Positions 1-8,574 are shown, counted from the stretch's first letter. The stretch: DNA of 33,202 bases from an uncultured delta proteobacterium (GCA_963727485.1 CAVSGM010000007.1:1-33202); one strand, 5' to 3'. The notes: generated by a model from the letters alone, not told the origin. Made by a program: numbers and translations.

Positions 1-54
1 GCCGGCGCCGTCCTTGCCGCTCGCGCGCCGGGTGGTCTTCTTCTTCGTGGCCAT
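1..54 (-). CDS. 5' end of a gene running off the window edge (MATKKKTTRRASGKDGAG...)
   Basis: ATG at 54-52, preceded by a GAGGAAG RBS that overlaps the stop codon of the DoxX gene. Too short to assign a product. Confidence 0.6.
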   Translation of the reverse strand, partial: MATKKKTTRRASGKDGAG

Positions 55-62
55 GGTCTTCC

Positions 63-524
63 TCACGCAGGCGCCGGCGAGGCGACCGCGGGGTGCGGGC
101 TCTGCCGGCGACGCCACAGTAGGTACGAGCCGGCCCAGAGCACCCCGGTGCCCACCGCCCAGCCCCAGGCCTGCGGGCCGTCGCCCACCACCAGGTGCGC
201 GACGAGCGCCGAGGCGAGATCGATGGCGAAGCCGGCGTAGGCCCACTCCTTGAGCCGCGCCGGCAACGGCGCCAGGAGCAGCACCACCCCGGCGAACTTC
301 GCCCACGAGAGCTCCACCCGGAAGTAGTCGGGGAAGCCGAGGTGGGTGAACGCCGCGGCCACCTGGGGCAGGTGCAGCTGAGCGTAGCCGGTGAAGGTCA
401 TCTGCAGGCAGAAGACGCCGGTGACGATCCAGAAGGCGATGGCGAGGCCCCGCCCGGTCTTCGCTGACTCCGCCGGGGCGCGACCGGTGCCTGCGTGCGC
501 AGTCTGTTCGCTGGTCTGGCTCAT
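63..524 (-). CDS. DoxX-like family membrane protein
   Basis: Start MSQTSEQ at 524 overlaps the AraC stop (ATGA). Motifs FTHLGFPDYFRVELSWAK and RLKEWAYAGF; about four hydrophobic helices. Confidence 0.85.
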   Translation of the reverse strand: MSQTSEQTAHAGTGRAPAESAKTGRGLAIAFWIVTGVFCLQMTFTGYAQLHLPQVAAAFTHLGFPDYFRVELSWAKFAGVVLLLAPLPARLKEWAYAGFAIDLASALVAHLVVGDGPQAWGWAVGTGVLWAGSYLLWRRRQSPHPAVASPAPA

Positions 525-1033
525 GGGTCCTCCGTGTGGTCGGACCCGTTGGTATCGCGGCCTTCCCGCCGCCGCTTCTCCGAAACTGCGATCCTCAGAT
601 CGGGCCTGTTGGCGGCGCTGAGGAAGCAGGGGGGCACGTGCTCCAGCCGGTGGACGGCCGCCCGCTCGCGAACCCGGCGCTCCCCGGGGCTCTCGCCGGT
701 GACGTCGCGGAAGGTCCGCCCGAAGGTGCCCAGGCTGTTCCACCCGGCCTGGAAGGCGACCTCGGTGATCGACAGCTCGGTGTCCCGGAGCAGGGCGGCG
801 GCCCGCTCGATGCGCCGGGTGAGGAGGTAGCGGTGCGGGGGCACCCCGAACGCCTCCTTGAACGACCGGGCGAAGTGGGCCTCGGAGACCCCGCTCACCC
901 GCGCCAGCCGCGCCACCGGCCATTCCTCGTGGGAGGCGGCGTCCATGTGGTCCTTGGCGCGCAGGAGTCGGCGGAGGAGCTCGGGATCCTGGGGCACGGC
1001 GGGGATGATGCGGGTCGCCGGGAGCGGCGGCAA
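521..1033 (-). CDS. AraC family transcriptional regulator (start may be GTG at 997)
   Basis: LARVSGVSEAHFARSFKEAFGVPPHRYL...RIERAAALL...SITEVAFQAGWNSLGTFGRTFRDVTGESPGE, the AraC double helix-turn-helix signature. Confidence 0.92.
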   Translation of the reverse strand: MPPLPATRIIPAVPQDPELLRRLLRAKDHMDAASHEEWPVARLARVSGVSEAHFARSFKEAFGVPPHRYLLTRRIERAAALLRDTELSITEVAFQAGWNSLGTFGRTFRDVTGESPGERRVRERAAVHRLEHVPPCFLSAANRPDLRIAVSEKRRREGRDTNGSDHTEDP

Positions 1034-1269
1034 GGGTTACGGCGATGACCTGCCCCGCGCCTTTCCGCCCCCGGGCGGTGCGGCAGGTCACCAACCTCCC
1101 GGGCTTCTACCCGGACATCCTGGCCGACACCGCCAAGGGGACGCCCCGGCTCTTCGGGACCTTGGGGGGCAAGACGCGCCCGCTCGCCCAATCGGGCCGC
1201 GAGCTGCTCGTGGTCGATCCCCGGGCTCTACCGCGGTGAGCCCTATGCCCACACGCCCGGCGGCCGGTT

Positions 1270-1905
1270 CTACTGCAAGGGGACGAGCTGCCTGCTCTTC
1301 CTCTGCGCCACGCCCGAGCTGGAGCCGGCGTCGGCGCCGGCGTGCGCGTCGCTGCGGGCGGGGAGCCTGGGGGCGTTGCTGCCCCAGGGGGGCTCGGGCC
1401 AGTCCTCGTCGGGCCGCAGTTCGAGGAAGGCAGGCCCCAGGTTCACACGCCTGTCCTCGCGCGGCGACAGCTCGAGGTAGAGCTCGGAGAAGCAGAGGGT
1501 CACCTCGTCACGTGGCCAGAACAGGAGCCGGTGGGCGAAGATCCCGTCGTCGTCGAGGTCGACCTCATCGCAGAGGACCGTCGTCTGCCGATCGCGGGCG
1601 ACCTGGCGCAGGACGTCGATGCGCCGGACACCAAGGAGCGCACCCTCGTAGCGGAGCCTTGCCGCAAGGTAGCGGTCCGGGCTCTTCTCGAGGAGCAGCA
1701 GGTCCACGACGAGGCGACCGAGGTGCGGGGTCCAGGTGATCCGCTCGACGACGGCGTCGTGGAGGTTCGTCCGCGTCAGCTCCCGCAGCGCTGGCGTGAG
1801 CCGGGGCTCGATCTCGGCGAGGCGCTGCCGATAGGCCTCGGACACCTGGTCGAAGGCCTCGTCGCCGAGCTCGCCGTTGATCCAGCCGCGGGTGAAGTAC
1901 TTCAA
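1270..1905 (-). CDS. hypothetical protein (MKYFT.../LHDA, possibly DUF4085-like)
   Basis: TTG start at 1905 behind GAGAGGAAG. Reads MKYFTRGW...TNLHDAVV...DEVD...HRLLF with GC3-biased codons. Family call is from memory of the motif; the C-terminal tail is low-confidence. Confidence 0.6.
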   Translation of the reverse strand: MKYFTRGWINGELGDEAFDQVSEAYRQRLAEIEPRLTPALRELTRTNLHDAVVERITWTPHLGRLVVDLLLLEKSPDRYLAARLRYEGALLGVRRIDVLRQVARDRQTTVLCDEVDLDDDGIFAHRLLFWPRDEVTLCFSELYLELSPREDRRVNLGPAFLELRPDEDWPEPPWGSNAPRLPARSDAHAGADAGSSSGVAQRKSRQLVPLQ

Positions 1906-1931
1906 GTCAGGCTTCCTCTCGTGTCCGAGTC

Positions 1932-1953
1932 GGTCGCAACCCGAGGGTATGCT
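1932..1953 (+). promoter_or_regulatory. possible promoter GGTCGC-N10-TATGCT
   Basis: Same spacing as the motif at 13345-13366; lies upstream of the micro-ORF at 2030. Confidence 0.25.
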
Positions 1954-2029
1954 GGCGCAGGCGTCGAGCGGGTGCGGCACTGGCCTGCCGGCGAGTGATA
2001 CCTCAGCCTGGCGCGAGAGGAGAACGGTG

Positions 2030-2089
2030 ATGGATGAGAAGGCGATCGACGAGTTGCTCCTGGCAGATCCCGGAGAGGAGACAGCGTAG
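2030..2089 (+). CDS. 19-aa micro-ORF or truncated gene remnant (MDEKAIDELLLADPGEETA)
   Basis: GAGAGGAG RBS at 2015-2022 followed by GTG-ATG; GC3-biased codons. Confidence 0.3.
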   Translation: MDEKAIDELLLADPGEETA

Positions 2090-2106
2090 GGGCAACTTGG
2101 CGTGCG

Positions 2107-2774
2107 CTATGGCACACCCCGCGCGTTCTCACGCAGCGTCTCGGCCCACGCCAGCTCCCGTACATGCGCAAAACAGGTCCCCCGCCCGACCGTCTCGAAG
2201 TCCGCGCGTCGCCACACCTGCGCCACCCGCTCCCCCCACCAGTACTCCGGACAGGTCCACCACGTCCGTTGGTAGCACCGAGGCCCACAGAAGCTCGTCG
2301 TTGGGCTCGGCGACCTCGGCGGAGAAGCTCCGGTCCATCGCCTCTGCCCACCCCGCCCCGGCGTAGTACACGCCGCAGTTCACCGTGGCCCAGTAACCGG
2401 GGATGTGGATGAACTTGGGCGTGCCGTGGGCGCGGCACCAATCCCAGAATCCCGCGTCGGGCGGGCGGAGAAGGACGGTGTCCCAGTCCACCCAGAGATA
2501 CTCGCCGTAGGTCCGAAGCGCCCAGCGGCACATCCAGTGCTTCATCTTGTGGGCGGCGTCCTGGTGGATCTCGGCCGGCGCGTCGTCGAAGACCCGGGCC
2601 ACCTCCAGGCCGAAGCCCTCGAGCCGTCGCGCCGACCAGGTGTCGCCGGCGAGCACCACCGAGATCGCGCTCGTAGGTGGCGTTGGCGCGAAGACTCGCC
2701 GGGATCTCCGCCAGGGTGACCTCGGGGGCGCTCCGCACCCCACCCCGGGTGTAGGGGTAGAGGCCGGCGATCAT
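2107..2774 (-). CDS. GT-A fold glycosyltransferase-like protein (DxD); two frameshifts at ~2668 and ~2250
   Basis: ATG 2774 overlaps the upstream stop (ATGA). Reconstructed MIAGLYPYTRGG...KMKHW...YLWVDWDTVLL...VNCGVYY...PNDELL...EYWWGE...CFAHV...ARGVP*. Removing two single-base insertions gives 222 codons. Confidence 0.65.
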
Positions 2775-4089
2775 CGGAGGCGGCACAGGGCCTCCTCCCG
2801 AACGCCGTGGCCACCCCGGGCCGACTGGTCGTAGCGTTCGATCATGCCCCGCTGCATCGCCGGGTCCTGGGCGTCGAAGACGCGCCAGACTTCGGCCTCC
2901 TCCTCGGGCGGCAGGCGGTAGCCGAGCGTCTCGGCGTAGCGCCGGGCGCGGTCGAGGGTGGCGAGGGCGTACTTCCAGTTCACCAGGGGCTTGAGGAGCA
3001 GGACCTCCCGGCGCGCCACCGCCTCCCGGGCCAGGGGGTGTACCCGCGCGCGCCACCGGTCGCCGGGGAGGTGCTCCACGCCGACCGCCGAGAGGGCGAG
3101 GTCGAAGTGGCCGAGGCGGTCTCCGAGGGTACCCGGCTCCACCTTGGTCGGCACCTCGACCACCCGGCCGGCGATCTCGAAGGCGTCGCCGTAGCGTCGC
3201 GGCGCGATTTGCTGGGCACCCCGGTCGAGAAGGGTGGTCACGAGCCGCGCGCGGTCCTCGGGCGAGCCGGCCCAGAGGTCGAGATCCGCGGTGGGGCGGC
3301 CGGTGAGAAGGGTCTTGAAGGCGCCCCCGGCGTGGATGAAGCGCGCCTCGCAGTTGCTGCCGAGAGTGGCGGCCAACTCGCGACGCGCAAAGTCGATGAC
3401 GTCGCGGTCCTCGAGAGCGCAGAGGGCAGGGCGGTCCAGCGTCCGCCGTCGCGCCTGGTAGGCCGTGTGGACCCGCCCGCCGCTTCGCCAGAAGAAGGCG
3501 CCCTCCAGGTACCAGGGCCAGTCCCGCGGGCCGAGGGGCTCGCCCAGGAGCCTCGCCGCGGTGGCGGTGACCAGCGAGTCGTGGGTCACGAAGACGTGGA
3601 GCCCAGGGCGCGCGCCCGCCAGGGCCAGCATGTGGTGCACCAGGAAGCGTGCCGCGGCGTCGGCGTCGGCCATGCCGGGGAGCAGGTCGCCGCCGCCCAC
3701 CAGGTGGGCCAGCATGCCCTCGTGGCCCAACGCCTCCCAGCTCGGCCCGGCCCGGTGCCCGTCGATGACGAAGGCGCCCGGATCGCCGAGGAGCCGGTCG
3801 AGGATCACGGGGAGAGACGCGCCGGCGCCGCGGGCGAGGGCCTGCGCGGTCTGGACGCAGCGGGTAAGCGGGCTCGCGTGGAGGCTCCGGAGCCGAGCCC
3901 CCATCCGCATCCCGAGCTCGCGCGCCAGCCGCTCGCCGACCTCGGTGATGGGCAGCACGTAGCCGGCGTCCCCGGGGGGAGCGTGTCGCGGACCGAGTGG
4001 CGCAGGAGCAGCACCACGGGCTCGGAGGCGGGGACCTCGTCGAGCCACCTCAGGACGGAGGGCGGGATGCGCCAGTCGATGGCCGTCAT
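2771..4089 (-). CDS. histidine phosphatase fused to CCA/poly(A)-polymerase-like nucleotidyltransferase; one frameshift at ~3975
   Basis: ATG 4089 (ATGA overlap). LLLRHSVR, ASPLTRCVQTA and VFVTHD give the His-phosphatase core; GGAFKTLLTGRPTADLDLW...VEV...FDLALSA...RARRY give the NTase head. The frameshift lies in a C/G homopolymer run. Confidence 0.8.
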
Positions 4090-5755
4090 CTGGCCACCCC
4101 CACGATCACGGAAGGCAGGGCGGGGATCCGGCGAACCTCCTCGAGGTGGAAGCCGGCGCCCTCGAGGAGCCCGGCGTACTCCCTGGCCGTCCGCTCCCGA
4201 CCGCCGGTGGCCATGAGAAGGTGCAGGTCGCACAGCCCGCCGGCCACGCCATCCTCGGCGACGACCATCTCCACCAGGTACACCCGGCCACCGGCGGGGA
4301 GGCAGCGGCGAGCGTGGCCCAGGGGCAGCCTGGGCCCGGTCGTCGTCCCAGTCGTGGAGCACCCGGGCCATGACCACGGCGTCGGCCTGGATGTCCCACG
4401 GCGCGAAGAGGTCCGTCGCCCGTGGCGAGATGCGCTCCGCGAGCCCCGCCGACCGCGCCTGCGCGACGACCTCCGGGCGGTCGAGCAAGGTGACGCGCAG
4501 CCCCGGCCAGTTGTCCACCAGGAGCGTCGCCAGCGTCCCCAGTCCGCCCCCGGCGTCGACGACGTGCTCGTCCCCGCGCAGGCCGAGGGCCGCCGGCACC
4601 GCCGCGTAGTCGTGACGCGCGTAGCTGCGCAGCATCCGGTGGTGGGAGACGGCGCGATCGGGATCCCGCGCCACCTCGCCGAAGATGTCCGGAGCTGGCC
4701 ACGCCTCACCCTGGCGCAGGGCCTCGGGTAGCGCTGCCCACATGCGGGGGAAGTGGAGCCCGTACTCCTCGGCGGCGTCCGCCAGGGTGAAGCGGTGGTC
4801 GGCGCGCAGGTAGGCGCCCCGCGGCGTGGTGCGCCACGTCTCGCCGTCGCGGGTCACGAGCGAGAGCTCGCCCAGGGCACGGAGGAGGCGGTAGGTGCCA
4901 CGGGGATCGATCTCTCGGGCCCGCGCCACTTCGTCCACCGTGCCCGGCAGGCCCTCGAAGATTCCGAGCGACACCGCGGTGCGGATCGCCTGGGTGCGCC
5001 AGAACCCCACGAGGTCCCCGGACAGGGCGGCGAACTCGCTGCGCAGCGCCGGGCGCAGCTCGACCAGGGTCTCGCCGGCTTCGTCGACGACCTCCAGGCC
5101 GCCGTCGAAGCGCTCCACCCGCGCCTGCCCGTTGTAGAAGGGCTCCACTGCGGCGAAGCGCCGGGCGTAGGCCGGCCGGCCACGGCGGTCACAGTGCGTC
5201 CATCCCGCCTCGTCGCGGGCGCGGGCGTAGCCCTTGTGGAACACGTCGAGGTCGAGGAACCAGGAGTCGTGGAGTGGGCGTCCGTCGAGGTCGACGTGGG
5301 TCGAGCGGCCGCTCGCGTCCTGGACCACGGCGACGCCGTCGCGGAAGTCGCCGAGCGTAGCGCCAGCGCTCCGGGTAGGCCGGCAAGCCCTCGTCCGTGA
5401 GGTGCAGGTAGCGCCCGTCGGCCTGGCGCACGGCGCAGCGGCCTTCCTGGAAGTTGCCGCACCAGGCGTACCGCGCCGCCTCGAGGTCGGTGCCGTCGGG
5501 GCGGACATGATGCCAGCCGCCCGCGTCCCGCACCGCCGCGAAGCCTTCATAGAACCCGAAGGTCCGCAGGAAGCGGCGGTCGTAGGCGGGCCCTCCGTCC
5601 TCCCGGATGTGCCAGGCCTCGCCCCCGCGTCGCACGGGCGCCAGGCCCGGCGCGTGGAACTTGAGCACCTCGTCGAACCTCTCCCGGTAGAGAGGCACGC
5701 CGTCCCGCAGGTGATGAGTGCCGTCCGGGGCCACCTGGATGTTCCGCCAGCTCAT
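4086..5755 (-). CDS. WG-repeat-like protein fused to SAM-dependent O-methyltransferase (Methyltransf_2 type); frameshifts at ~5354 and ~4330
   Basis: N-terminal repeats F-[HYQR]-[EDKN]G-x-A-x-V (FYEGFAAV, FQEGRCAV, FRDGVAVV, FHKGYARA, FYNGQARV), a dimerisation HTH, VVDAGGGLG, ARVLHDWDDD and GGRERT. 556 codons after removing two insertions; TGATG overlap with the upstream gene. Confidence 0.85.
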
Positions 5756-8107
5756 CACGCCACCTCCGCGGGCTTGCGCATGTTGCACCGCAGGCACAGC
5801 GCGCGGTTCCGGTAGGTGCCGATCAGCCTCTGGTAGGCGCCGCCGTGCCAGATCTCCAGGAGCCCTTCCGCGTTCAGGTTCCCGAACTCGCCGAGGGTGC
5901 GGCGCTGGGCGTCGGGGGCGCAGCAGGGATCGAAGCGGCCCTCGGCGCTGACCCACGCCTCCTGGCCGAGGAACGGACAGGCGCCGCCGGGCGCCAGGTC
6001 GGCGGTGGCGTCGGCGTCGAGGGGGAAGATGTTCTCCAGGAGGACGGCGCGACCGTCGGGCAGGCGGCAGGTCTCGGCCGCCTCCCGGGCCTCGGCGACG
6101 GCCTGGTTCCACCTGCGGATGGCCTCGGGGCTGCGCCGCATGGACAGGCCCTCGATCTCCTCGAAGTGGGCCCAGAGGTGGTGCCCCTTCACGCGGTCCA
6201 CGCCCAGGCGCGCCGCGAGCCGGACGATGTCGGCGAGCTCGCCGACGTTGGACTCGAGGAAGGTGAGCTGGAAGGTCACGCGGCAGCGGTTGCCACCAGC
6301 GGCGGCGTGGGCGTCGCGCACGGCGATGAAGGTCTCGACGTTGGCCAGCACCGTCTCCCACCGGGCGCCGACCATGATGGCCTCCTGGGTCCGCCGGGTG
6401 GCCCCGTTCCAGGAGATCTTCACGTCGGAGGTCACCGGCACGATCCGCTCGGCCCAGGCCTTGGCGCCCAGGCGCGGGAAGGTGCCGTTGGTGGTCAGGT
6501 TGAGGTGCACGCCGTGCTCGGCGCAGAGGTCGAGGATCTCCTCGAAGTGCTCGTAGAGGAGCGGCTCGCCCATCGTCGAGGGGATGATCTCCCGGAGGCC
6601 GCGGGGCGCGGCCTCGGCGACGACCCGGCGGATGAGCTCGATGGGCATCAGCCGCCGCAGACGCCCCTCGGCCTTGCGCGCCGCCTGGAGCGGGCTGTGC
6701 GGGGAGTGCTCCTCGCACATGATGCAGTGGAGGTTGCAGGTGTCGGGGTTGGTGTCGAAGGTGATGCGCCAGGGGCCGGGGGTGGGCTCGACCCGCGTGG
6801 TGTCGCGGCGTCGGAGGACGCGCTCGTAGAGTCTTCTCCACGGCCTGGACGTGGTCCCCGATGTCGGGCACGTCGCCCGCCTCGTCGAAGAGGTAACCGC
6901 GCTCACCGAGGCGCCGGGCGAGTGCCGGGTCGTCGACGAGACGCTGCAGCTGCGTCGCCAGCGAGCGATGGGAACGGAAGTCGAAGCAGCAGTCCGTTGA
7001 CCTCGTGCTGCACGTACTCAGCCATACCGCCGACGTCGGCGGTGATGACGGGCACCCGCGCCTGCTGGGCCTCGTGGATCACCAGCGGCGAGTTCTCCAC
7101 CCACACCGAGGGGACCACGATGGCATCGACCCGGTCGAAGACGGAGCGCACGATGTCCTGGTTGCGGTACTCGGGGAGCCACTCCACGCGGGTGCCCGCG
7201 TCGCCCGGGAGCTCGCGCGCCAGGGCCTCGAGGGCCTCGGTGTCCTGGCCGCGAGCGCGGCCCCAGATCCGGAGCCGCGGCGCGCCCTGGAGCTGGCCGA
7301 AGGCGCGGAGGAGGTCTTGGATGCCCTTGGCCGGGGTGTGGGTGCCGATGTAGCCGAAGGTGAAGGGCTCCCGGCGACCGCGATCTCGTCCCCGCAGGCG
7401 CGCGCGGTCGAACCCGTAGTCGAGGTGCACCAGCTTGGCCTCGGGGATCCCGAAGGCGTCCCGGTGCCGGTCGTGGAGGTAGCGCGCCGGGGCCACGAAG
7501 ACGTCCACGAGCTCCGCCACCTCGCGCAGGTGGCGCATCCGCTCGCCGACCCAGCCGGACCAGTGGGCGCGGTCGGCCTCGCGCGCCTCGGGGTCACCGC
7601 TGAAGTAGCGCGCGTAGCAGCGCTCGGCGCACTTGCCGTCCTCCTGTCCGTCGCAGCTCGCCCAGAGGTTGTCCCGGTCCTCGGGGAACATCTGCATGAA
7701 CTGGCCGCGCGGGCACATGACCCAGTAGTCGTGCAGCGTGTAGACGATGGGGATGTCGCGTTTCGCCGCTTCCATCACCAGGGAGGTGCTGAGAGGTGGT
7801 TGAGGTGCTGGACGTGGACCACGTCCGGTCGCACCCGGTCGAGGACCTCGGCGAAGCGCCGGTCGATCCCCGGCTCCCGATAGCGGTCCTTGTTCCGTGG
7901 GTTGTTCACCAGGTGGAGGGTGACGCGCGGGTCGTCGGGGTCGCGCTCCTCGCGCAGCGCGAAGTCCGGCGCGAAGGCGTTCTCCTCGCGGGTGAAGACG
8001 TGGACCTGGTGGCGCTCGGCGAGCGCGTGGCAGAGGGTCTGGGTGTAGACCTCGGACCCGGCGTTGTAGCGGCGTGGGTAGCCGTGGATGACCTGCAGGA
8101 CGATCAT
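5755..8107 (-). CDS. GT4 (GT-B) glycosyltransferase fused to radical SAM enzyme with twitch/SPASM domain; frameshifts at ~7792, ~6986, ~6833
   Basis: GT4 motifs HGYP..YNAGSE, PDVVHVQHL, TLHDYW, KG, PSVWVENSPLVIHEA and GGMAE. The linker has no separate start. Radical SAM motifs CNLHCIMC, STMGEPLL and TTNG, then C-x17-CC...CxxC. 783 codons after removing 4 nt. Confidence 0.85.
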
Positions 8108-8180
8108 GGTGACACCTCGAGCAGCCCCTCGAGCAAGGGGAAGAAGGTTCCCGCGGGCGCAGGGGCGCCCGGGGCGACGT

Positions 8181-8214
8181 CCGCGCCCCGCCGTCCGAAA
8201 GCGGCGGAGCGCGG
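8181..8214 (-). terminator. GC-rich 13-bp stem-loop just downstream of the small peptide gene (partial terminator or mRNA stabiliser)
   Basis: CCGCGCCCCGCCG-TCCGAAAG-CGGCGGAGCGCGG (one G-U pair on the minus-strand RNA), 14 nt after the stop. A second hairpin lies at 8154-8171. No U tract. Confidence 0.55.
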
Positions 8215-8228
8215 GCATCAGTTCGGCG

Positions 8229-8447
8229 CTACTCGGACTTGTCCGAGGAATCCGCCGCCATCGGGGGCTGCGGGGTTACCGGCGTCCCATGCGAGGCGTC
8301 GGTGCCCGTCAGCGGCCGATGCGAGGCCGCGAGCTCCGCGGCCGTCGGCTCAGGCAGCCCCCGCGACCGGTAGTACGCGGGATGCTCCGGATTGAGCTGG
8401 TTCGCACGGTTGTCCCGTGCGGGCTCGGGGATGGCATGCTTCGCCAT
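8229..8447 (-). CDS. 72-aa small protein with DNRANQLNP...YYRSRG motif (candidate precursor or substrate peptide)
   Basis: GGAGGAGA RBS before ATG 8447. MAKHAIPEPARDNRANQLNPEHPAYYRSRGLPEP... with a low-complexity P/A/S/T tail; first gene of the operon. Confidence 0.75.
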   Translation of the reverse strand: MAKHAIPEPARDNRANQLNPEHPAYYRSRGLPEPTAAELAASHRPLTGTDASHGTPVTPQPPMAADSSDKSE

Positions 8448-8560
8448 GTCTCCTCCGGACTTTTGGCCAGCGTGACCTTCAGCGACCTTGCGGCCCGCCC
8501 GGAGACAGGGCGCGCGCACACTCCAGTGCACACGGATCAGTCATTGCTGGCGGGTCGATC

Positions 8561-8574
8561 TGGAGAACTCTCCA
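8561..8574. promoter_or_regulatory. palindrome TGGAGA-AC-TCTCCA, possible operator in the divergent intergenic region
   Basis: Perfect 6-bp inverted repeat about 115 bp upstream of the peptide gene. Confidence 0.25.

Noticed and set aside
2771..3420. Nucleotidyltransferase as a CBASS CD-NTase
   Set aside because: Motifs follow the class II CCA/poly(A) polymerase pattern (GG...DxD...FD), not the GS...DxD cGAS/DncV pattern, and no SAVED, TIR, patatin or Cap2/3 genes are present.
5755..6800. Radical SAM domain as a prokaryotic viperin
   Set aside because: It has a C-terminal twitch cysteine set and a GT fusion, which viperins lack, and no viperin-like features were visible.
2107..8107. Programmed frameshifting or phase variation as the cause of the split genes
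   Set aside because: Too many sites, in mixed directions, with no shared slippery motif or long simple repeat; sequencing error is more parsimonious.
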